The notes under the pieces were generated by a model. That model was not told the origin of the DNA. It saw nothing but the letters and a program-made list of their open reading frames with translations, and ran no database searches. A stretch of DNA of 64,000 nt, from assembly GCA_032718475.1 (NCBI GenBank), contig JAUCBJ010002030.1, forward strand, positions 1 to 64,000, given 5' to 3'. The stretch comes from Nemertoderma westbladi. Its lineage: Eukaryota > Animalia > Xenacoelomorpha. Each line of letters begins with the position of its first letter. The first letter of the stretch is position 1. Shown here one piece after another: positions 13,089-24,510 of this stretch. Position numbers and translations under genes: made by a program.

Positions 13089-14175
13089 AACTAATCGTGT
13101 ATTCCTTCAACTAATCGTGTATTCCTTCAACTAATCGTGTATTCCTTCAACTAATCGTGTATTCCTTCAACTAATCGTGTATTCCTTCAACTAATCGTGT
13201 ATTCCTTCAACTAATCGTGTATTCTTTCAACTAATCGTGTATTCCTTCAACTAATCGTGTATTCCTTCAACTAATCCGTGTATTCCTTCAACTAATCGTG
13301 TATTCCTTCAACTAATCGTGTATTCCTTCAACTAATCGTGTATTCCTTCAACTAATCGTGTATTCCTTCAACTAATCGTGTATTCCTTCAACTAATCGTG
13401 TATTCCTTCAACTAATCGTGTATTCCTTCAACTAATCGTGTATTCCTTCAACTAATCGTGTATTCCTTCAACTAATCGTGTATTCCTTCAACTAATCGTG
13501 TATTCCTTCAACTAATCGTGTATTCCTTCAACTAATCGTGTATTCCTTCAACTAATCGTGTATTCCTTCAACTAATCGTGTATTCCTTCAACTAATCGTG
13601 TATTCTTTCAACTAATCGTGTATTCCTTCAACTAATCGTGTATTCCTTCAACTAATCCGTGTATTCCTTCAACTAATCGTGTATTCCTTCAACTAATCGT
13701 GTATTCCTTCAACTAATCGTGTATTCCTTCAACTAATCGTGTATTCCTTCAACTAATCGTGTATTCCTTCAACTAATCGTGTATTCCTTCAACTAATCGT
13801 GTATTCCTTCAACTAATCGTGTATTCCTTCAACTAATCGTGTATTCCTTCAACTAATCGTGTATTCCTTCAACTAATCGTGTATTCCTTCAACTAATCGT
13901 GTATTCCTTCAACTAATCGTGTATTCCTTCAACTAATCGTGTATTCCTTCAACTAATCGTGTATTCCTTCAACTAATCGTGTATTCCTTCAACTAATCGT
14001 GTATTCCTTCAACTAATCGTGTATTCCTTCAACTAATCGTGTATTCCTTCAACTAATCGTGTATTCCTTCAACTAATCGTGTATTCCTTCAACTAATCGT
14101 GTATTCCTTCAACTAATCGTGTATTCCTTCAACTAATCGTGTATTCCTTCAACTAATCGTGTATTCCTTCAACTA
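13089..14175. repeat. 20-bp minisatellite (aactaatcgtgtattccttc), about 54 copies
   Basis: Near-identical tandem units with no spacers, followed by a short (gctacagt)n array to about 14223. Confidence 0.97.
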
Positions 14176-14546
14176 GCTACACTGCTACAGTGCTACAGTG
14201 TTACAGTGCTACAGTGCTACAGTAAATTATAATTTTGTGTGAAAATGACAGTAACTTACCTTCTTCGCTTCGTTTGTGGAAATAACGATCGTTGTTAAAG
14301 ATTGCAACATTGATAGATATTTAAACATCGTAAGCAACAGAGTGGAAAAAGGGCCTGTACTGTTTTCATAATGTTTGGCGGCGCAGGTTCAAATCCGACT
14401 GAAGCCTGTTGTGTGAACTTTGCTCTGTTGGGTCGCAGAACAAGACAAATTACACAAATTACTGTACGTTAGTCCTTGCGCAAATCTAGCTTCCCATATG
14501 AAATATACCAGACTTTCTGCTATTATATTTCACTTAGTAGTTTACC

Positions 14547-14789
14547 CCCATGTGAAGAATACCAGATTTCCACTAAAATCCAAGGTTACAGAAAAATGAC
14601 CAAAACAATAAACGAATTAGTATTTGTACAGGTTATAAGATAGATAAGCACTATAAAAAACACTCAATGAGGAGAAATTAAAAAATATACAAATTCTTCA
14701 TATATAATATATGCTGTATAATTATATTATTTAATATTATCGAAATATACAATTTCGACCGAAAGGTAAACCTGGTAGTTTCACATGGG
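14547..14789 (+). mobile_element. Short MITE (CCCATGTGAA termini), copy 2
   Basis: cccatgtgaa...ttcacatggg; shares internal sequence (aaacgaattagtatt, ttataaga, tcgaccgaaa) with 2536-2760. Confidence 0.65.
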
Positions 14790-15187
14790 CGCCCCAGCGC
14801 CCCAGCTGTACAATAAAATCTGGCTTCTGCTGTACTACTAGTAGTACTGGGGTCTAGTTACAGAAATGGTTGAAAAGTTACGGAATGTTCACCCTTAGAG
14901 TTACAGTCCATATCTCTCTGGGTACCTTTTATCTTACCTACCTCTTACTAACTCAATCCTGTCTGGGTTACTCAAACCCAAATTCAAACTCGCGTAACAC
15001 CCCACTGTAGCATTCATGCAGCTGCAGCGACCTGTGTATTTAATGGCTAACTCACTCCCATATGTTAAACTCAGCACTTCATAGAACATACAGTATTTTA
15101 GTAAAGCCCACACAAAGGAGCGGCGTAATTGACACGTCTTTTATGATACACACAGCAAGCCTGCCTGCCCAGCTTTTGTAACTCAAC

Positions 15188-16212
15188 GGTGTGCGGACAC
15201 TTCCCCCCCCCCCCCCCGACACTTACCCCCCGGACACTTCCCCTCCGAACAGTTCCTCCCCGTTCAAGTAGGACACTTCCCCCCCCCCGGACACTCCCCC
15301 CCAGACATCCCCCCCCCCTGACACTTCCCCCCCGACTGTTCTTAACTTCGCACATTCGTATTTTTCATTTTGTAAGGTAAACGGACCGCTTGTATCCAGA
15401 CAAGTTGTATCCAATTTTCCTTTCGTAGCTCAGAAAGTGATCTTTTGCATCCCTATTTTAGATTTTATATCCAAGTTTTGTTTATGGATTTTATCAATGC
15501 AATTACATTGTGTTGTTTGCTAATCTTTAAATAATTAATTAGATGACCTATAAATGACATCCCCCGACGACATGCGTCGACATATATTTTGTGTTCAGCA
15601 TTACATATTGATAAATTAATTAAATTTCCTGGTTAACTTGCAATATTTTTAATAGAATTTTGTAGAATTATATAATATTGTAGTAATTTATATATTAATT
15701 TGGTTAACATTCAATACAGCTCCTACTTTAGGCTTAGTCAATTTATTATCTGATGATACAAACATGAATTAATTATTTCAAAATGTTCTTCTTCATCACC
15801 ACGGGCACGTGTTTGCGGGCGGCACCCCCCAACAAAAGTAGCGGGGGTTTGGGGGCGGCAGCTCCCAACAAAAGAAGCGCGGGTTTGGGGGCGGCAGCAC
15901 CCAATTAAATTAAAAACAAACAAAATTTGACTATAAAAATGTGTCTTTTATAATTTTGAGAAAACTTGTTTAGATACAACTTGTCCTGTAACCATCTTTA
16001 ACTTTTGTTTATTGCTTTGATGTACCCAGATTAATTTTAACACTTTAACTGGGGGGGGGGGGGGAGTGTCCGGGGGGGGGAGTGTCCGGGGGGGGGGGGG
16101 GAGTGTCCGGGGGTGAAATGTCCGGGGAGGGGAAGTGTCCTACTTGGGCGGGGGTGGGGGGGAGGGGGGCTGGGTGGGGGGGGACTGTCCGGGGGGGAAG
16201 TGTCTTAGATCC
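15188..16212. mobile_element. Foldback DNA element (Mutator-like) with C/G-run arms
   Basis: GG...CC termini, exact 8-bp TSD AACTCAAC (15180-15187, 16213-16220); ggacacttcccc repeats on the left and ggggagtgtcc repeats on the right. Confidence 0.8.
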
Positions 16213-17481
16213 AACTCAACCCATTTAAGTCAAGAGCTCTAGCAGCAGACAGAGGCCCCTTCCCCATGCGGTGTCTCACTCAACCAGAGTAATTATCCAT
16301 CCCTTACAGGTACAGCAATGCTGAGTATGGCACTGTTAGAAGTCAAACCATTGGAACTGTAGTGTTTCGCCCTGCCCACCCTATATGTAACAGCCAAGAG
16401 AGAGGATCCTTCGGGCCGCCTCCGCTGTTTCGTGTCTCACACTTTCACCGACAACTTTTTTCAACCCAAGTATTATTAATTATTGTGAAGTTAAATGAAA
16501 AATATGACTTTAAACCACCCTTTGAAAACCTATACAATATACAATAGTAGGCCACTTACAGTGTAAGTCCTACAGTACTGCGCAAGCCTATTTACTGCAA
16601 TAACTTTAAATTTAAAATATCAAATTACTAATACCTGAAACTTTTAACAAATCATTTTATTTGAAGAAAAAGTTTCAGTTTCCTCAAAATCAGGTGGAAC
16701 TTTGTAGAACTAACTACAGTTTCATACAGACCTCCATGTACTTAGAGCGAGTGGGAAAATATAATTTGTATAATATCAGATTACTTTATTAGAGAGGTGC
16801 TGTATAATAAATGTTTAGTTAGGAATTTTTGCATTTTTGTGAAACTTCAGCAAAGGAAACACCCGACTATTCCAAAGACTCACTACCCAAAAGCAGGATA
16901 AAATCTTCCATGGCTGGGGCGTCGTTTCGATTCTGGAAAAATAAAATAAAGAGTAAAGAGTCTAAACCGACGGAAGTTGAGTGTAAGTTTAGTGGATGGA
17001 CATCCATCAAAAGCTAACATATGTATGTATATTTAATATTGACTAATGTTTGAAACAGTAAATATGTAATGGATTAAAACACAGATAAATATAATTTAAA
17101 CAACTTAATATAACAAAGATATCGATAATACTGTGTAGATCTCGAAATATAATAATAGTGAGTGGGAATGTAGGAATTGTATAAATACAGTAGTAGATGT
17201 ATAAATAGAGATACAGTTAGTGTTCGTTTGGCAAAAAAGTAAATTAATGCAGAATAAATTAAATGCAGAAATAAGCTCTAATATCATACAGTACAGAAGA
17301 AGTAAATACTGTAGATACGTCAGTGTATACAGTGTTAATGATACATACTCATACACTGTATAATTTAGTTTAAATAAATACTGGGGTCGTTGACCCCATT
17401 TAGTAAAAATTATGAATTTAAGTTTGATTTTCTTTCAGGGAAATGTTTTGATACAAAATAATGTTGGACATCCTGAAATTG

Positions 17482-19098
17482 TGAGGACATGGGCTAACGA
17501 CGGAGGTGTGCTGAGATGTCCATACAGTAATTAACTGAATTAGGAAAGCGCACCCAATTGCAGATCTAGGCCTACATTTGGGGTTAACTTTGTGAACTCA
17601 TCCTCCACTCTGCTCGCTCCCCACACACTTGGATCTCGCACTTCTGACAGTCTTCTCCATGCTCTCACATCCCCCCCCCATACTCCATTCCATACGTCAA
17701 TTAGTCCCCGTTCCCAGTAGCTAATTGGAAAAGGTTACATCTAACTATTTTATCACCTCTGATGGTTATATCACACTACGATTTATTTTATAAATCTTAT
17801 TTATATTATTTACAATTAGGGCGGGGATATTTCCATTTTGTCTATAATTCCGGCGCTGCCTTCTAGACACCCTGCTGTTTTCCCGTCGGTGAATGACGTC
17901 AGCGAATAACATCTAGAGCGTCGGTCTAAAACTTCTATCCCCTCCTTTCAGTTCATCGCAGTTTTCTCCTTTATCCTCGTCCTGGTTTGGACAGCTCCCT
18001 GCCATCCCGTTAGTTCCTAATCGCGGATGTACTTGTCGTCACGACTTGAGTGCGGGCGTTATCATATCTCGATAACGCTTCTCTGGTGGTCCCATCAAGT
18101 GTCCTCCTCACCCATACCCCCGGTTGCACCCCTCGGGACGTTTCTTATCCCGTGGATGCGAGCTCTCTCCATAAATCCTAAACTCCGCGTTGTTGTTCAA
18201 TGACCATCGTTTCTCCACCATCCCAATCAAACTGATGGTGCCTTAGTAAGGCTCAGTAGGACAAGAGACGACCAATTCTGCCTGAATCAGTGTTAAAAAC
18301 TGGGATGGCCTACCCCTTCATATCCTCGCTGCTAACCCATGTAATATGTCCGTTACCCCTTAATCATGACTCTCCACTTACGTCCTATTGTTTATCTGAT
18401 GCTCGTGCTATTTAACTAATTCATCACTACTTGCCTACAGAAAAGACTAGCTATAACCCTCCTGTTGCTATACTAGCTTCCTACCAGACCGCTTTCTGGC
18501 TCTGTAGCAATACTCTAACTCTCCACACTGGGCTATGCGCTATAGTAGTCTAGGTTGTGCGGCCTACACAGTCTAGCCTACCACGCTTACATATCGCCCT
18601 CAACTCCTCACGTGATGCCTTCAATGCCCACTATTGTACGCATTACGTATAATTATTGGTCCCATTGACCCGGCTTGTGCTGGTATTAATTACGTATGTT
18701 GCCACATTGTGCCCATCAGACATACGCAATATATACCCCTCCTAATCCTCACTGTGGTACTGTGTACCCTTCTACTACAGTATGCGTACTTACCCCCCCT
18801 CAACTCCTCATGTGGCGCCCTCAGTGCCCACAATAGTACGAATTACGTATTAGTATTGGTCCCATTGACCCGGCGTGGTGGTGCGTATGTAAATTAGGTA
18901 CATTGGTACATTTGTACCCATCCGACGTACGTAATTGTAACTACCTACACCTAAATATTATGTACATTGGTACGTCCGTACCCATCAGACGTACATAATG
19001 TCTACCTAAAGCGTACCTTGGTACTACTATTTACAACTTATTTTATTTTTATTATTTGTTTATTTTATTTAGTGTGTGGGAAGGGCGTTTCGCCCTCA
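17482..19098 (-). repeat. Putative 3' LTR of BEL-1
   Basis: On the minus strand PPT GAGGGGGGTGGGAA (19112-19099) is followed by TGAGG. The far end is inferred only from the inverted pentamer tgagg at 17482. An internal duplication of about 200 bp lies at 18597/18797. There is no second LTR to confirm it. Confidence 0.55.
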
Positions 19099-19141
19099 TT
19101 CCCACCCCCCTCAGTCCAATATATTGGACGACTCAACTAAC

Positions 19142-21545
19142 TTAGGGCGATCCTTCCAATAGGCAAGACTTCCCTACCGCACTCCTGTAGGTCTTCCTAT
19201 CTTTGGCCCCTATCTTTTCTCCGATCCTCACTTCCACGGATCTGATTCTTCTGTTTTCCCCGGGGTAACATTCCACTACCCTAGCCAGCCTCCAGTGATT
19301 GTTGATAATCGTATCATCTGTGACGATTATCAAGTCACCCTTCCTGAGCTCCCTCTGGTTATTCCTCCATTTGCTCCTCTTGTGCAGTGTTGGAAGGTAC
19401 TCTTGGATCCACCTTGTCCAATACGCTGTACTTATCGCCTTAGCCACCTTCCAGCTTTGACGCGAATGTATATCGTCTGGATCGATGTTTCGCATGTCAA
19501 TCGTCGCTGGTCTCTCCATCAGCAGGTGTACTGGTGTTAGGACGTCCAGCGATTCAGGATCTTCGTTCTCGGGGTACAGCGGGCGGCTGTTGATAATTCC
19601 CTCACATTTCGCCAGCGCTGTCCTTAGCAGGTCCTCAGTGACCATATGGTTATTCATCAGTTTGGTCATGAATTGTTTGGAGCTCCCTACAAGGCGCTCT
19701 ACGCAACCCAGCGTATGTGATGCGTATGGCATTCTTCTCTCCCATCTGATTAGGTGTTTCCTCATCGCTGCCTTGACATCTTCATCCGCTAAAATGTCAA
19801 GTGCCTCTGCTAACTCGTTCTCTGCTCCCACGAAGTTAGTCCCATTATCTGAGTATAGTACCTCAACTGTTCCCCCTCTGCAGGTCACGAACCTCTCCAA
19901 TGCATTAATGAATGCTGACGCCATAGTGTCCTAATCTAGTTCTATCCCCACGGCCCTTGTATTATTGCAAACAAAGATAATGCCGTAGCGTTTCTCCGTA
20001 TGCAGCATCACCTTGATTTTAATCAGCCCGAACATGTCCATGCCGCAGTGTGTGAATGGCGGGTCGTGATGCCTCACCCTGCTGGTTGGCAATGGCGCCA
20101 TCTCCTGCACGGCCCTCTCCTTCTTCATCCGTCGGCATGTCTGGCATTGCCCCATCACTTCACCATCTTCCTAAGCTGGATTACCCAGAATGTCTTCCGA
20201 ACCTCTGTTAGGGTTTGGTTGGTACCCCCGTGTAATATGGACTTATGGGAGTCCCATATGATCTGGTGGATTATTGGTGACTTGTTGGGGATTATTATCG
20301 GCTTTGGTGGGATTAGGGCACAGATGTTGTTCACCACCCTGGAGTTCATGACCAGGATCCCATTCTTGTCCAATTGCGGTGACATCGCATTGAGCTCGCT
20401 GTCCTGACGAAGGCGCTGCTGTTTGCTGATGCAGTCTACCTCGTCTCCGTATCCCTTCCTTTGTTCGTATCGTATCACGACTTTAGCCCTCCTTCCAGAT
20501 CGATGGTGGGTTTCGTCTTAGCGTCTTTACCAGCTCCCCTAAGGAATTCTCCAGATATGCTACTAGCTTCTTCGTCTTATATCAGCTGGAGCTGTAACTG
20601 AGCAGCCTATCCATTGGGTTATCACACGACTCTATCGCCTTTGATCGTGGTGGTGCCTCCTTAATCTCCCTCACTAATTGACTAAATATTTCTTCCCCTT
20701 TTGATTCCTCTCCCTTATCCTCCACTGTCACTCCTTCTGTACTTGCCACAACTCCTACTTCCTCGAGAAAGCATGGCGTACAACGCCTCTCGATAGCAGA
20801 TCCGCTGGATTGTCGACAGTTGGGCAGTAGTGCCACTTCTCCAAGTCTGATGTTGCTCTTATCTCATCAACTCTGTTCGCCACAAATATGGGATAACACA
20901 TCTTCTCATTATGCAACCATCACAACACTACCATGGAATCTGTCCAGTAGTGTGTCTCTACTATACTTGGTATCGTGTCCACCAAGTATGATGTCGCTCT
21001 CACTCCTAGTCTCGCAGCCGTTAGCTCGAGTTTCAGCACTGATGCTGAATCTGGTGGCGTCGATCTTGCTTTACTAAACGCAAGCCTGGGCTTATGAGTC
21101 CCCTTCCGCTGTACCAAATAAGCGCGGCACCATATGCTTCCAGGGATGCATCGAGAACATATGCAGTTCTAACTAGCTCATGTCCCCATTCGGGAAGTAT
21201 ACACGTGGCATACTATAAGTCCCCATTTCTTCAAGGCCCACTGACCATTTCTTCCACTGTTTGCTTATCTCCACTGGGACTGCATCCCAGTCGTCTTTGA
21301 TCTTATAGACCTTCTTCAATATTTGTTTCCCCGTGACTAACAACGGGGATGCTAGACCTAGCGAATCGTAAATTCTCGCTATGTATGACACATAGCCTCG
21401 TTTAATATGGATCCCGGCACCCTCCTGACTTAGTTGATACTCCAACTCATCTGTCTCCCAGTTCCATACGATCCCTAGCGCCTTCTGCTGCAATTCTATT
21501 CTCTTGTCCGCCATGATCTGCTCCTTTACCATCATAGGTTCATCT
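19142..21545 (-). pseudogene. BEL-1 pol 3' part (RT end, Pao RNase H, integrase), frameshifted
   Basis: KALGIVW, YDSLGLASP, LELTAARL, HYWTDS, PFTHCGMDMFG, SDNGTNFVGAE, ERLVGS, INSRPL, WRLARVVECYPG, spread over several broken frames. Confidence 0.9.
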
Positions 21546-21722
21546 ATCGGACTTGGTTGTATATCGGAAACATGGTTGAAACGCCACATAGCATCAAAAT
21601 CAATACAATTATCAGGTTACAACATTGAAAGGCAGGATAGGAGAAAGAAGAAAGGGGGAGGTGTCTTATTTTACATACCTAGTGGCATTAAATACAATAC
21701 AAGGGGGGATATTAAATTAGGG

Positions 21723-23621
21723 TAATGCGAAGAGACAGTAACAATACCTGCAATATCCTACTGTAAAGTTTGTGAATCAAATCATAAATCCGACCTTCTC
21801 ACCAAACAGTAAACTCTAAGTAAGCGAATATATTGCAGTATCGATCTCTTATAACCGGTGAGGCAGAAAACAGTCTACGAGCAGACAAACTTCGATAAAA
21901 CAAAATCCCGCGCAGCGAATCCTAAAATCAGGCTGACTCACTGACGGACTAAAGGGCTCGTATACTTTGCCGCGGTGTGATTTATATGGTTGGGCAAAGA
22001 GACGCTAGCTAGGTACAGAGGCAGAGATTTGGAGATGTCTAACTAGCGGGCAAAACACAGTAAGGACGAAAGTTAATTTTATATATTTTGAGGTGTAAAT
22101 AATTTCTAACGCGCGTGTGTTAATTCTGAACGGTCAAAAGCAGTTTTGCTCCTTCACATGTATAATTACTGGGTACGGTGTGCATTTTACGAATATTCTA
22201 ATTTTGTAACTTGTAGGTCCAATACTCACGAATGATAAGGTTCCTTCCCCTCTTGCGTATTTCCAGGACTCAAATTCAGGCATAAGGTTAATGCTACGCC
22301 CAGAATTCGGCAATTTTAATTTACCAGGTCCCTAATACTAAGAAGAAATGTGTTAGTTTACTACAGTAGGCGTACGGTTACGAATAGCTATCCTGGCTCT
22401 TATCTAGAATTTTAGTCACCTAGGTAGGCTGGGTAACTTCCTATCAGGACGTTGGCGGGGACACGGTAGATGTTAGTATATCCCTAATAGCCTCAATTTA
22501 TTTGCGCCTAGTTGTAAACTGCCCTACCGCCTGAATGGTACAATCCCAATTCAGGTGAAACACAGCAACCCTCCTAGCCTACAAGTTCTAATGCAATGGA
22601 CACCGTTGTACTGCAAATAGTCGCAAACGCACCTGTACTTAGCAAGAGTTAGGCGTACAGTTTGCTGCACCCTACCAATGTGTATGCTTCGTACCGGCGT
22701 GCCTACGTCCTATCTGCGTACTAGTATCTGCCTGCTCTCTCCCTCCCCCGTAGGAATATGAAGGTCTACTGTGGTTCTTTCCTGAATCAAGACAGTACAG
22801 TCCCTAAGATGTAATTTTAGGCTCACAGCGTGTCACTACTTCTACCTTTGATCTTTGGTCTTACGCTTAGGTAGCAAGGCGTCGAACGCTGTCTAACCTT
22901 TCAGGCGATGGGCGAATAACTAAGGTGGTATTGCGGGTTGTCTCCTGTCTACATTCCCTTGATGTTCCCGTTCATTGCTGCGGCCCGATCTCTAGCCGGC
23001 CATCCTGTTCCTAAGAGTGTTCACCGTAGTGAATCATGGTGAAAAGAAAAGCAGATAGCGGTATTTCTGAATTTATTGCAGATAATAATACAAAATGTAA
23101 TCTGAAAACTAATGACAGAATAAACAAGATTGAGTAACTAATAAGATTAGATAGATTGCACTGAGATTGATAACTAATGAACAAATCGCACCTTTATATA
23201 GCAAATTTGTGCTGCAATCAATCGAGAAAATTCTCGATTGTTCTATAGGTTCTAACAGGTTTTTAAAGATAGCTATTGGTCCAGCTAATATATAACTTGC
23301 ACGACATTGGATACAATCTAATAACTGCAGTCTCATTGGTTAATCTAGGTACAAACAAATGCAATTTAATTTGTAGCGGTTAATTTAAATGAGTTGAAAT
23401 TCTGTACAAAAAATAATTAGCACTTACTAGGATTCGAACTCAATACCTACTACACATATAATTTCCAACGCTCTACCGACTGAGCTACTGAACCACTTGA
23501 CTAAACGTCGTACAATAGATATAATAAATACAAATGAGGACTCAAAGTAATCTTTTACAAAGTTAATTCGAATAAAATAAAATTTTGAAAATCCACGGCA
23601 TTTAGGGAATATAATTCTATA
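21723..23621 (-). repeat. BEL-2 3' LTR
   Basis: Direct repeat of 38305-41127 once the CRE insertion is removed; abuts the short PPT-like ATGGAGCGG (23630-23622). Confidence 0.96.
23408..23494 (-). ncRNA. tRNA-derived Pol III-like cassette in BEL-2 U3 (second copy at 40914-41000); not a functional tRNA
   Basis: A box TAGCTCAGTCGG, B box GAGTTCGAATCC, T6 run about 17 nt downstream. Acceptor and anticodon stems are not formed. Confidence 0.6.
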
Positions 23622-24510
23622 CCGCTCCATGAAAACAGGATATTATCGTGCATAAAATATACGGTTTTCACCAATAATCAATCAAACTATAGAATACTTA
23701 GGGCGTACTTACATATTTACAATTAAATTTTAAACAATACTTCCTTTCTACATAATGATTCGATACAAAATAATTACAAATTCAAACTTTACGTAGTTAA
23801 GGCTTTACTAAGTAAGTACAATATAAATCTAAATTAAATTCACCAATATAAATCTATTGCATCTCAATATTGCATAAATTCATACAATTACAAATACAAA
23901 TAAATGAAAATCATAAGAAAGGCTCGCGAGTCTTCCATCTACTATTGCATCTCAAATATTGCATAAATTCAAATAATTACGAATACTTACGTGCCTAAAT
24001 GTAGATTGCATAAGTTCGGAATAATTACAAATATGAGTCTTTCTAAGCACAAAACTTTCTAACTATAAAACTTTCTAAATACAAAATATAACACTTTACA
24101 AATGAAACTATAAGAAAGGCCCACGAGTCTTCCATCTACTCTTACTTTCTATTTCACTGTAAATACAAATACTGCTTATAAGATATAAATTGCATAGTAT
24201 TCGGAACAATATAAATTGCATAAGTTCGGAATAATCACAAATATAAAATATAAATTCTTACTAAATATAAATCTTTACTAAATATAAATATAAACTGCAT
24301 AAGTTTAGAATAATATAAACTCCTTTACATCTCAAATATGAAACATAAATCTTTCAAATATAAGTTCCTTCTAAATATAAACTTTCTAAATTTCATAAAT
24401 TCGGAACAATACAAATTGTATAAGTTCGGATAAATATAAAATATATAACTCAAATAAATCACAAATTCACAAGAAAGGCTCACGAGTCTTCTGTCCACCC
24501 TTGCCCTCCT

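Noticed and set aside
13089-14175. CRISPR-like appearance of the 20-bp array
   Set aside because: No spacers and no cas genes; eukaryotic context. It is a simple tandem repeat.
14330-14410. tRNA or SINE head (ggttcaaatcc)
   Set aside because: Only a B-box-like motif; the A box and element boundaries are unconvincing.
15098-15414. Gly- or Pro-rich ORFs
   Set aside because: Artefacts of the C/G-run arms of the foldback element.
23109-23336. Identical 75-aa ORFs here and at 39691-39918 (likewise 48510-48947 versus 60154-60447)
   Set aside because: Identity simply reflects LTR duplication; there are no protein features.
23408-23494. Functional tRNA gene
   Set aside because: Only the D-arm and A/B boxes are tRNA-like; acceptor and anticodon stems do not pair.
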